Below are positions 9,222 to 17,663 of a DNA stretch of 39,903 bases, in pieces (within the stretch, counting starts at the first letter, position 1; each line of letters begins with the position of its first letter). A program made the position numbers and the translations under genes. The notes beneath the pieces are model-generated. The model was given only the letters and a program-made list of their open reading frames with translations. It searched no databases and was not told the DNA's origin. Origin of the DNA: a virus (Duplodnaviria; Heunggongvirae; Uroviricota; Caudoviricetes); IMG/VR virus record IMGVR_UViG_3300018486_000049, positions 1-39,903 of that record; one strand, written 5' to 3'.

Positions 9222-9823
9222 GGATTCACTCTCATTGTGTCAATAACATGGACCGCCCCGCCTTCATGCGCGGTGCCACCGGAAATAATCGTTTCGTTGA
9301 TATACGGATAGATCGTGATTTCTTCGCCAAGATAGCTGGCGGCTCCCACCCAATGCGGGCCGCTGGTCTGCAGATTGATGGACATGCCGATCATGTGGCG
9401 GCTACATGGTTTGGCATCGCTTATCAGTCGCTCAAGTTCCAGATAGGTATCTTCAGTGATGCCCTGGTCCTGCACGCCGATATCCAGGCGAAACGTGCCC
9501 GGTGTTTCTCCGGTCTGCCACCACTCAATAATGCGGATCAGGAATCCGAACGGCTCCACCACCCGCCGCACGGCACTGGTGGTCCCTTTATGCTGATGAA
9601 TATAAAAAGCATCCTTCACCACCTGGCGCTTGACGCTTTCTGTCCAGCCCTCGTCCCAGCGATCCACAGAGAACGCCCAGGCGAGATAAGGCAGGAAACT
9701 GACCGGACAGGTTGCCGGATTCCACAAGTCACGAAGCGGCACCTGCAGATCAGAAATCCCGCTGCAGGTTTGCGCCAGTCGGCGCTCCAGTGGTGTTGAA
9801 CCCGGTGGCAGCAGACTATTCAT
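9218..9823 (-). CDS. I: Baseplate protein gpI
   Basis: 201 aa ORF in the P2 position between J and H, start overlaps the J stop. Confidence 0.8.
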   Translation of the reverse strand: MNSLLPPGSTPLERRLAQTCSGISDLQVPLRDLWNPATCPVSFLPYLAWAFSVDRWDEGWTESVKRQVVKDAFYIHQHKGTTSAVRRVVEPFGFLIRIIEWWQTGETPGTFRLDIGVQDQGITEDTYLELERLISDAKPCSRHMIGMSINLQTSGPHWVGAASYLGEEITIYPYINETIISGGTAHEGGAVHVIDTMRVNP

Positions 9824-10724
9824 CCGTTCCTCCGTTGGTTACGCTCCACTGCGTACATGATGCCGCCTGTGTTTTGTTCAGGACCACATCCGCCAGAGGA
9901 GAAGCCAGCTCCACACGCTGCACCCCCTCAACATGCAGGGCGGCAAAAATGGCGCTACGGCGAATATCCCGACCAAGACGCGTCTGACTGGCGATGTACT
10001 TCTGCAGGCTGGCTTTTGCCGCTGCCATTACCGGCTCTGCTTCCGGTCCAGGATAGAGAAAAATGGTGGCTTCCACGCGATACGGGATGATTTCTGCGCT
10101 GCGAACCGTAAGACGGTCAGCCACCGGGCGGACGTTCTCACTGTTCAGAGCTTTTTCCACCACGTCCAGCAGGTCTTTTTCTGCAGTTCCATCGCCTTCG
10201 CGGCTAAGGACAGTCAGCACCACCTCTGCAGGTGCCGGGCTGGTTGCACTGGCATCCGCCACCCGACCGTCGGCGCTTCGGGCATGAAATTCATAAGCTG
10301 CAGTTGGCCCCGCAACAGAAAGCCCTTCAAAGGCCGCAGGCACACGCAGGCGCAACGCTTCATCGCTTTCCATCACAGCTGCAACGGGCGGCACAGCATC
10401 ATTATCAGCAGGCGTCACCGTCAGGCGTGTCACGTTGTAGTTGGCAGCGAGCTGGTCAAGATCGCCGCCCATCGCGTAAGCCACCATCACCGCCTGCGCG
10501 GCTTCGTTAATGCGCTGGCGCAGAAGCAACTCACGGTAAGCGTTCTCCTGCAACAATTTAGTGGCGGGTTCAGATTCCAGTTCCAGCGTGCGGATCACTG
10601 CTTCCTGCTCATCTTTCGGATGAAGCGCCACAAATTCTGCCTTGCGTTCGGCAAGCAGCGTCTCAAAGTCCGGCACATCCACAATCTGCGGTGCAGGCAA
10701 CTGCGAAAGGTCAATCACTGCCAT
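9816..10724 (-). CDS. J: Baseplate protein gpJ
   Basis: Track ORF starts at a GTG at 10763; internal ATG at 10724 (MAVIDLSQ...) preferred; P2 order W-J-I. Confidence 0.8.
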   Translation of the reverse strand: MAVIDLSQLPAPQIVDVPDFETLLAERKAEFVALHPKDEQEAVIRTLELESEPATKLLQENAYRELLLRQRINEAAQAVMVAYAMGGDLDQLAANYNVTRLTVTPADNDAVPPVAAVMESDEALRLRVPAAFEGLSVAGPTAAYEFHARSADGRVADASATSPAPAEVVLTVLSREGDGTAEKDLLDVVEKALNSENVRPVADRLTVRSAEIIPYRVEATIFLYPGPEAEPVMAAAKASLQKYIASQTRLGRDIRRSAIFAALHVEGVQRVELASPLADVVLNKTQAASCTQWSVTNGGTDE

Positions 10725-11070
10725 TCTCTGCTCCTGTTGATACGGAAAGGGACACAGGCACACCGTTATTCCGCCGCCCGGTCAGCTCCACCACCATTGA
10801 ACCGTCAAAATTGCTGTTGATGGTGATGGAATCCAGCGTCAACCGTGGCTCCCAGCGACTCAGCGCCACATACACTGCCGACATGACCTGCAGGCGTAAT
10901 GCCGGATTTTGTGGCTGATCTATCAGTGCCGACAGCAGGGAACCATATTCCCGGCGGGCAATACGGCTACCCTGCGGTGTCAGCAGAATGTCCCGCACCG
11001 ACTGGCGCAGATGATCAATATCAGTAATGACTTTGCCGCTGGTATTGTTCATCCCGCTATAAAGCGTCAT
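10711..11070 (-). CDS. W: Baseplate wedge protein gpW
   Basis: 119 aa, resembles P2 gpW as recalled; position between V and J. Confidence 0.8.
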   Translation of the reverse strand: MTLYSGMNNTSGKVITDIDHLRQSVRDILLTPQGSRIARREYGSLLSALIDQPQNPALRLQVMSAVYVALSRWEPRLTLDSITINSNFDGSMVVELTGRRNNGVPVSLSVSTGAENGSD

Positions 11071-11645
11071 ACCGGGCCTCCGGTTGTATCGCCGCCTTTC
11101 AGGACGCCAGTATGCTGATGCGCATCAACCACGATCCCGTTAGAACTCATCGCTCCGCCGCCCTGGGTAACGCCACCATTGATCACCACTTCGCTGTTAA
11201 TGCGCGTGCGGTCAGCCTCCAGTACAAACTCACTGGTTTTCATGGTGATGTTGTCAGCAGCCTCAATGACCATTGATTTGATGCCCCTGACATACCAGCG
11301 CCCGGTGGCGGGTTCGTATTCAAACCAGCCACCGTCAGGATGTTCTGTCACGCAGGCGTCCGCCGACGTCGACGGTGGTGCGAACTGATTCGAATAGACA
11401 GCGGGCAGCGCAAAGGCGGTTTCCAGATTGCCGCCCAGACTCAGCAGCACCACCTGCTCACCTTCCGATGGTCGCCACCATGTACGGGCATTCCCGGCAC
11501 GCAGCGTCAGCCAGCTGATCCAGTTGGTTTCAAGCTCGCCCGTTTTCACCCGGCAAAGCCAGTTTTCCCTGTCCACTTCGGTGACTACCCCTGTGCGGAT
11601 CAGGTTGGTGATAAGGCGCATGATTTCGGTTAATTGTGCGTTCAT
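11067..11645 (-). CDS. V: Baseplate hub/spike protein gpV
   Basis: 192 aa, position and size of P2 V, first gene of the V-W-J-I-H-G operon. Confidence 0.8.
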   Translation of the reverse strand: MNAQLTEIMRLITNLIRTGVVTEVDRENWLCRVKTGELETNWISWLTLRAGNARTWWRPSEGEQVVLLSLGGNLETAFALPAVYSNQFAPPSTSADACVTEHPDGGWFEYEPATGRWYVRGIKSMVIEAADNITMKTSEFVLEADRTRINSEVVINGGVTQGGGAMSSNGIVVDAHQHTGVLKGGDTTGGPV

Positions 11646-11691
11646 AGGGAAAGGTTGCCATCAGGGGAAGAAAGGCGGCAGTGCTGCAACT

Positions 11692-11709
11692 TGTATCAGT
11701 GCTGATACA
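11692..11709. promoter_or_regulatory. Candidate Ogr-type late activator site (TGT-N12-ACA) upstream of V
   Basis: TGTATCAGTGCTGATACA perfect dyad in the S-V intergenic gap. Confidence 0.45.
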
Positions 11710-11713
11710 AAGA

Positions 11714-12160
11714 TCACCCCGCCAGCCATTGCAGAATCATGTCGCGGGTCATTGCCTCAACATCATCATTTACACCCAGAAGGCGACGCTCTGCGTAACG
11801 CACCTCCGGTCCCTTACGACTGACGCGATCTCGCAGGCCGTAATGGTGAACGCGGGCAATGCGCTGCACCTTGCCTTCAAACTGCACGCTGGCAGAGTCG
11901 GTGCTGGCGGCAGTTTTCAGGTATTTTGTGGTGCGCAGCTTTGCAAACATCTGACGTTTGATGCGCCCCTTCTTGCTGCGTGCTGTTACCCTGCGCGGTT
12001 CATAACTGCTGCCATCTGGATTGCGCTGCATCCTGATATTCTGCTGCTGTGTCCGGCGCAGTTCCTGCGCCAGCTGGCGCATCATGCGGCTTCTCGTGGC
12101 TGGTTCCAGATTCGCCAGCAAGGCACTCAGCCAGTCGTCCACCTTCTGCAGTTCAGCCAC
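11714..12160 (-). CDS. S: Tail completion protein gpS
   Basis: 148 aa, P2 order R-S-V. Confidence 0.8.
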   Translation of the reverse strand: MAELQKVDDWLSALLANLEPATRSRMMRQLAQELRRTQQQNIRMQRNPDGSSYEPRRVTARSKKGRIKRQMFAKLRTTKYLKTAASTDSASVQFEGKVQRIARVHHYGLRDRVSRKGPEVRYAERRLLGVNDDVEAMTRDMILQWLAG

Positions 12161-12605
12161 GTTTCACCGTCCACATTTCTTCAGGTTCATCAGGTTCCGC
12201 TATAGCTTCAACACTCGACACACTACCGTCAGTGCTGACCAGCACACGCTCCGTCAGTTGCAGGTTCAGGCTGATATCACAGACATCGTTGCGCAGAATA
12301 TCCACCTCAAAGGTGAATAGTTTTTCCCGTAACGCCGGGTTATTGATGGCATCGGGCTGGTTATCCCTCAGCCACAGCAAAACCGGGGCCATCAGCAGAT
12401 TCTGGTCGCCGCTGAAATCCTCAATCACCGCGTTCAGGGTGTAACGGTACTCCCACGACATGGAGCTGGCCCCCGTGGCAACCAGCGAACCGTTATCCAC
12501 AAACAGATGCAGTTTGTCCGGGTTATTGCGGACATAAGGCACAGCTTTATTGAGGGCGTGGCGCAGGGATTGTGGTTTGTTCACTGTTTTGCTCCTGACA
12601 CGCAA
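12153..12605 (-). CDS. R: Tail completion protein gpR
   Basis: 150 aa, overlaps S start, follows the lysis genes. Confidence 0.8.
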   Translation of the reverse strand: MRVRSKTVNKPQSLRHALNKAVPYVRNNPDKLHLFVDNGSLVATGASSMSWEYRYTLNAVIEDFSGDQNLLMAPVLLWLRDNQPDAINNPALREKLFTFEVDILRNDVCDISLNLQLTERVLVSTDGSVSSVEAIAEPDEPEEMWTVKRG

Positions 12606-12837
12606 TAATCATGTCCACTTTGTCTGCACAGACCGCCCAGGCGGCCTCCGTTTCATCCAACAACGCGTTCAGATCACCGTTAGTGCGCGGCGCTGCCTGA
12701 TCCAGCCGACACGGTGTCACTCGCGGACAACCACTGACGATAAGCTGCACCTCCGGTGAGCGTCGGACGTTCCCGCAGCCGGATAATGTCAGCAGGCAAA
12801 GGAGTATCAGCCCAGCGGCGTAAATCCTCGTTCTCAC
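12547..12837 (-). CDS. lysC: LysC-like outer-membrane spanin (Rz1-like lipoprotein)
   Basis: 96 aa with lipobox LTLSGC, embedded out of frame in the 3-prime end of lysB. Confidence 0.65.
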   Translation of the reverse strand: MRTRIYAAGLILLCLLTLSGCGNVRRSPEVQLIVSGCPRVTPCRLDQAAPRTNGDLNALLDETEAAWAVCADKVDMIIACQEQNSEQTTIPAPRPQ

Positions 12838-13108
12838 GTTTCAGTTCCTCGATCCGGTGTTGCCGTTGTCTCAGCAGCGCGCTGGTCTGTTCTGCTTCGG
12901 CATAGAGCCGCGCCTGCTCCCGGTTATTGGTTTCAGTCAGAATGGACAGGCTGATAAGCTGGCTGTTGCTCTTTGCCAGTGCCTGGCTTTTGCTCTGCAG
13001 CTCGTCTGCCTGCGTGCTAATGGTCTGGCTGGCATCAGCCAGCCGCCACGTCTGCCAGCCCAGCGCCGCCAGTAATAACGCCAGCACAACCAGCAGCAAC
13101 CGGTTCAT
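12680..13108 (-). CDS. lysB: LysB-like inner-membrane spanin (Rz-like)
   Basis: 142 aa, N-terminal TM helix then coiled-coil-like periplasmic domain. Confidence 0.7.
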   Translation of the reverse strand: MNRLLLVVLALLLAALGWQTWRLADASQTISTQADELQSKSQALAKSNSQLISLSILTETNNREQARLYAEAEQTSALLRQRQHRIEELKRENEDLRRWADTPLPADIIRLRERPTLTGGAAYRQWLSASDTVSAGSGSAAH

Positions 13109-13482
13109 GCTGCTACCTGTTGCGCCATCTGATTACGGGTGATCCAGAAGGCAATAACGGTCAGTAGATAAAAGACTAGGGTAATAGCCCACCCCGTCCA
13201 GGCGAGACTTACAACAATCAGCAATCGCATCACCCAACTGATAAATACGTTTTCTTTTCGGGTAATTGTCTTCAGCAAAGATGCCCTTAACTCCTGCCAG
13301 AGCGGGCCATTCTTAATTAACGCAGCCAGTGCTACCGGAATTACCGCCCATGTCAGCAAACAGGCTACCCAAACGCCGGACGCTGCCAGTACCGGAAAAA
13401 TCCCCTGCGGATACACCATTGCTGCGATTAACAGCGCCATCCATAACATCAGAAACAGTCCGCTGATTAATTTCTTTTTCAT
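13105..13482 (-). CDS. lysA: LysA-like membrane protein (lysis timing)
   Basis: Multi-TM small protein between endolysin and spanins; start at MKKK (13482) preferred to avoid a 70 bp overlap with K. Confidence 0.6.
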   Translation of the reverse strand: MKKKLISGLFLMLWMALLIAAMVYPQGIFPVLAASGVWVACLLTWAVIPVALAALIKNGPLWQELRASLLKTITRKENVFISWVMRLLIVVSLAWTGWAITLVFYLLTVIAFWITRNQMAQQVAA

Positions 13483-13483
13483 T

Positions 13484-13996
13484 TCAGTTTGCTCCCTGTA
13501 AACACCAGGCCATCTCCCGCGCACGGCGGTTATCCAGCCCCTGATTAAACACACCTTTTACATAAACCCAGCGCGGCAACTGTCGGCACGCATCCGCCCA
13601 GCGCCGCTGATTGAGCAATTTCACCAGCGTGGAGCTGCAGGCATTGCCCGTCCCCACGTTGAAGGCAAACGACACCGTAGCGTCATACACCTTCTGTGGT
13701 GGCAGTTGCTTCACACACCTTTCCAGTACCCGCTCCACACGCAGCACGTTGGAGATCAGCCCTTCTGCTGCCTGTCGTTCCGTGATTGTTTTGCCGGGAA
13801 TGACGCCCGATGTATTACCAATGCCGTCGGTCCAGACACCCGCGCTGCACTGATACGGCTGCAGACGACAGCCTTCGTAATCAGCAATCAGTTTCAGCCC
13901 CTCCACGGAGGTGTGAAGCTGCTGAAAACCCGGCAGCGTGGCAGCAATAGCCAGCACGGCCCCGACAAGGCAGCGTTTAACGATTGATGGATTCAT
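13484..13996 (-). CDS. K: Endolysin (lysozyme-like gpK), probably SAR-type
   Basis: 170 aa with YEGCRLQPYQC...GVWTDGIGNT lysozyme-like core and a weakly hydrophobic Gly/Ala-rich N-terminus. Confidence 0.85.
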   Translation of the reverse strand: MNPSIVKRCLVGAVLAIAATLPGFQQLHTSVEGLKLIADYEGCRLQPYQCSAGVWTDGIGNTSGVIPGKTITERQAAEGLISNVLRVERVLERCVKQLPPQKVYDATVSFAFNVGTGNACSSTLVKLLNQRRWADACRQLPRWVYVKGVFNQGLDNRRAREMAWCLQGAN

Positions 13997-14192
13997 AGTC
14001 CTCCCGCGAGATCTGCCCGTCGCGCAGAAGCTGGTAGGATTTGTGTTTGTAGTACCAGTTGATAGCCAGCATCAGTACACCAATCATCAGGCCGCCCAGC
14101 GTTGAGGCATCCTTGATGGACAAATCGCCCAGCCAGGCCAGCACGACGGCGATGCAATACGTGATAAAGGCGCTGATTCGCTCAAGCGTCAT
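13977..14192 (-). CDS. Y: Holin (gpY-like)
   Basis: 71 aa, two hydrophobic helices and charged C-terminus, directly upstream of endolysin. Confidence 0.6.
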   Translation of the reverse strand: MTLERISAFITYCIAVVLAWLGDLSIKDASTLGGLMIGVLMLAINWYYKHKSYQLLRDGQISREDYESINR

Positions 14193-14195
14193 AAT

Positions 14196-14399
14196 TCAGT
14201 CCCATAGCTGGACGGTCTGCACGGTGGTGGTGGTCGGAATGTCCGGCAGCTCCACCTGCAGCCCGTGAGGTAAAAAGGGGCCGTATTCGGCAAGCCCCGG
14301 ATTTGCCTTCAGTACCTGCTCCGTGACCCCCTGCGTGCGCCCGTAATGACGCCAGCAAAGCGCGTCCACCGTGTCATACTGATGCGCACGCACTTTCAT
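14196..14399 (-). CDS. X: Tail protein gpX
   Basis: 67 aa in the P2 position between L and the holin. Confidence 0.7.
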   Translation of the reverse strand: MKVRAHQYDTVDALCWRHYGRTQGVTEQVLKANPGLAEYGPFLPHGLQVELPDIPTTTTVQTVQLWD

Positions 14400-14926
14400 C
14401 AGATAAGCTCCACTGTGCAGTGCGGCGCATCCTGCACCCGGCTGATGGCCCAGCGGGCGTCACGCCACAAATCACCGCTTGCTTCCGCCAGTTCCTCGCC
14501 CCGCTTCACACCGGACGCCGTGGCGTCATAGTCCTGGTATCGTTCGTTGAGCATGGCGCGTGCCCAGCAGTAAACCGCGTTGAAATAGTGCTGAATGCGC
14601 TCACTTTTGCCGTCCAGCTGTTCCGCCGGAACTTCTGCCAGCGAGGCATACCCCAGCATCTGCTGGCGTCTGCGAAACTCATACAGCTCTGCGTTGACCT
14701 CCGAAATTGCCGACAGCGCAACCTGCTTTAAACGCGGCTGCGTCACCGTGCCGTCAGTGCGCATCACGCTGCGAAACTCCGACAGGTCCACATCAGGCCA
14801 GAACGGCGTATTCCTGATGATTTCCGCCTGTTCCGGTGCCTGTTCTGGCGCAACAAACTTCATGCTGCTTTCTCCTGAAATAGAGGGCGGTGGACGGGGT
14901 TTTGATGTGGCAGTGCCTTTCGCCAC
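14399..14926 (-). CDS. L: Capsid completion protein gpL
   Basis: Position after M, size about right; true start may be the internal MKFVAPEQ. Confidence 0.75.
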   Translation of the reverse strand: MAKGTATSKPRPPPSISGESSMKFVAPEQAPEQAEIIRNTPFWPDVDLSEFRSVMRTDGTVTQPRLKQVALSAISEVNAELYEFRRRQQMLGYASLAEVPAEQLDGKSERIQHYFNAVYCWARAMLNERYQDYDATASGVKRGEELAEASGDLWRDARWAISRVQDAPHCTVELI

Positions 14927-14958
14927 CCCGTGCCGCCCGTGCGCGGGGGCACGTTCTG

Positions 14959-15609
14959 TCAGCGGCTGTCATTGCGCAGTCTGCGCTCCAGCTGCTGTTT
15001 GTCTTTTTTCACGCCACAGCGAGGATCGAGCTGTAACGCATGGTTGAGATGATTAAGGGCGGAAGCCGGGTTGCTTTCACTCAGGACAGCGCCAATCGCT
15101 TTATGCAGACGCGCCCGTGACTGGTCCGGCATATCCAGACCGTCTGTCAGCTCCAGCGTCTGCAGCAACAGATCGGCATCAAAGCCGGTGGCGGCAAGCA
15201 TTGCGCTCTGCGCCGCGTCTGCCATTTCCTCTGCCAGCACGGTCTGCACGTTGCGGTTACCCAGCGGCATCACCCAGCCATGACGCAGGGCATGACGCCC
15301 GATCTCCAGCGCCCCTGCATAATCTCCGGCATCAATGCGCCACAGCATCACGTACATCAGCACGTCATCCTGTTGAGCGCCTCCGGCAGCCAGAACGCCC
15401 TCCGCCCAGGCGGCATATTTCGGCAGCAGCTCCACCTTGATTTCCGCTTTTTTGACCGTGGACTGAACGCCCTTGAGACGGCGGCGGTCTTCCGCCAGTT
15501 GCAGCAGCATCAGGTCATAGCCCGACGCGTGGCGAACACTGCCACCCTCGCGAGCGGCCTGTTCAGCCTGAACGCGCAGGCGATGCTGCCGTGCGGGACT
15601 CAGGCTCAT
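14959..15609 (-). CDS. M: Terminase small (endonuclease) subunit gpM
   Basis: 216 aa in the P2 O-N-M-L order. Confidence 0.8.
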   Translation of the reverse strand: MSLSPARQHRLRVQAEQAAREGGSVRHASGYDLMLLQLAEDRRRLKGVQSTVKKAEIKVELLPKYAAWAEGVLAAGGAQQDDVLMYVMLWRIDAGDYAGALEIGRHALRHGWVMPLGNRNVQTVLAEEMADAAQSAMLAATGFDADLLLQTLELTDGLDMPDQSRARLHKAIGAVLSESNPASALNHLNHALQLDPRCGVKKDKQQLERRLRNDSR

Positions 15610-15612
15610 GAA

Positions 15613-16671
15613 TTACGCTCCGGTTTCTGCTGCGGCGGCGCTGAAGTCACCAATCTGGATGTTTTCCACCAGTGCAGCGCAGCGATAGTCCTCAACCACA
15701 TAGGCTTCGTTAACGGATTCAAAATTTTCAATCCGGTCACGTTTCGGGTTGTCGATAACTGAACGGCGGCGGGTATCTTCCTGCCAGTAGATGGACAGGT
15801 TATCCAGACGGGTGATCAGCAGCGCATTCGGCGGGAAGAACGGCGCACGCACCGCCTGCAGGCCACCCATGCGTTTCTGACTGATGATCATATCGGCAGC
15901 CAGTTTTTCACTGTTTTCCTGCTCTTTGTTGACCAGCGGGAAATACTTGTCAGACAGCAGTTCACGACCGCAAATCACCACCAGATCGTCATCGTCCTGG
16001 TAGACCACATCGATAAGCTCATTGACGGCATCCATCACTACGGCGTCCAGGTTGGCATATTCGCCACCTTTCCCGACTTTCACCGCGCCCGGTGTGGTTT
16101 CACCGCCCGTGGTGGTGCTGCCCATGACGTGATCCGGTGCATCCTCACGGATTTTCTGCAGCCAGCCTTTGTTCACATCCTGCAGCAGCGGGTTTTCGCT
16201 ACGGTTGGAGGTTTTCGCACGCTTCACGCCGTTAAAGCCGATCATGATGCGGTCCAGTGCCTGACGTTTCACGATGGCGTTACGGATACGCACCTGGAAA
16301 TCCTGAAACTTCGCCCACAGGTCCAGCTTCGCGTAGGTCAGCACCGTGTCAAAGTTGGTCTGTTCGCATTTGTATTCCACATCGACCATCAGCGTCGGAT
16401 CGACAGGTTCTCGCTCTTTCGCGGTGGTATCAGTGGTTCCGGCAATGGTGCTGCCAACACCCAGCCCCAGCAACTGACCAGACTGCTCAGTCACTGGCGT
16501 GATGTTAATCAGCGTCAGGAAAGAGGCGGACTGCTGGATCTGGTCTTCCAGCGTCTGCTGCACGGACGGCTCTACGGTGAACTTGCTGGACAGTTCTTCA
16601 ACTGCCACACCGTTCAGACGCGCCAGCTGCTGCAGGTAAGCGTTAAAAGCAAAGCGGGTATTCTTCTTCAT
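15613..16671 (-). CDS. N: Major capsid protein gpN
   Basis: 352 aa, after the scaffold gene. Confidence 0.9.
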   Translation of the reverse strand: MKKNTRFAFNAYLQQLARLNGVAVEELSSKFTVEPSVQQTLEDQIQQSASFLTLINITPVTEQSGQLLGLGVGSTIAGTTDTTAKEREPVDPTLMVDVEYKCEQTNFDTVLTYAKLDLWAKFQDFQVRIRNAIVKRQALDRIMIGFNGVKRAKTSNRSENPLLQDVNKGWLQKIREDAPDHVMGSTTTGGETTPGAVKVGKGGEYANLDAVVMDAVNELIDVVYQDDDDLVVICGRELLSDKYFPLVNKEQENSEKLAADMIISQKRMGGLQAVRAPFFPPNALLITRLDNLSIYWQEDTRRRSVIDNPKRDRIENFESVNEAYVVEDYRCAALVENIQIGDFSAAAAETGA

Positions 16672-16687
16672 CGGGTTTTGTGCTCCA

Positions 16688-17521
16688 TCAGCAATTGGTC
16701 AGAGTGTCAGCGGGGGCGTTACCGCCTGTTGCACGCTGGCGGTAGTCCTGGCGGCTGTCTTCATGACTCAGCTTGTCCACCAGTTCGTTAAAGGCGGTTT
16801 GCTGTGTCTGCAGGGCAGTCTCCAGCTCAGACAGGCGTTCTTCCTGCTCAGACAGGGATTTTTCGGTGCGTGCGCTCAGGTTCTGCTGCTCAGTGGCGAC
16901 CAGCTCCACGGCCTTATGCACATCAGAGAACCGGGCGTCATCGGACTGCTCTTTTTTGGTAAACAGCGCTGTGACACGGGCAAACAGGGACGGTTTGTCG
17001 TCCTGGATTTCTTCCAGTTCGATCACCGTTTCCTCTGCAGCGGTAAAGAGATTGGCAGGATTCTGCTTGCGGTTTGCCAGTGGGTTATGGGCTGCACTGG
17101 CGCTGAATGTCAGCATTTCAGTGCCCAGACTGGCAGGGTCATCAGTGGCAGCCAGGCCGACCAGGTAGGCTTTGCCCGTATCAGCGAACTTCGGGCTGAC
17201 TTCCATAGAGGTGAATAATTTCTGGCCTTTTTTCACCAGCTCCACCAGGGACTCCGTTGGCTCAACGTCGGCATACAGCGCCATCTTGCCTGCCAGCGGA
17301 CCTTCCGTGATTTCTTCAGCAAACAGCGCCGTCACCTTGCCGTAGCGGTTAAAGGTGCTGTCCGGCAGATAAGACTTGATGTGCTCAAGGTTAATCAGCG
17401 CGGTATACACCGCCGGGTTGTAGCTGGCTGCCATCTGTTCCAGCCATTCACGCTGGATTTCGCGTCCGTCGGTGGTGGCACCTTCCACCCCGATGCGAAA
17501 ACGCTTTGCTTTCACTGTCAT
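16688..17521 (-). CDS. O: Capsid scaffolding protein gpO
   Basis: 277 aa, acidic coiled-coil C-terminal half, divergent from the P-Q operon. Confidence 0.85.
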   Translation of the reverse strand: MTVKAKRFRIGVEGATTDGREIQREWLEQMAASYNPAVYTALINLEHIKSYLPDSTFNRYGKVTALFAEEITEGPLAGKMALYADVEPTESLVELVKKGQKLFTSMEVSPKFADTGKAYLVGLAATDDPASLGTEMLTFSASAAHNPLANRKQNPANLFTAAEETVIELEEIQDDKPSLFARVTALFTKKEQSDDARFSDVHKAVELVATEQQNLSARTEKSLSEQEERLSELETALQTQQTAFNELVDKLSHEDSRQDYRQRATGGNAPADTLTNC

Positions 17522-17599
17522 GAGCCGTGCTCCGTTAGAAAAAACTTACTGGAGCCTTATGGTTGCGGTGATGGGGGCAGTGAAACAATGCGCGGTATT

Positions 17600-17617
17600 T
17601 GTACCGACAACCACACA
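17600..17617. promoter_or_regulatory. Candidate Ogr-type late activator site (TGT-N12-ACA) in the divergent O/P intergenic region
   Basis: TGTACCGACAACCACACA, about 85 bp upstream of the O start codon. Confidence 0.45.
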
Positions 17618-17663
17618 AACCGCAGGCGGGGAAAGCCGTCATTCAAGGCTGTAGGTTTGTGCC

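Noticed and set aside
9933-10820. 295 aa plus-strand ORF
   Set aside because: Fully antisense to baseplate gene J and part of W; Cys/His/Arg-rich composition.
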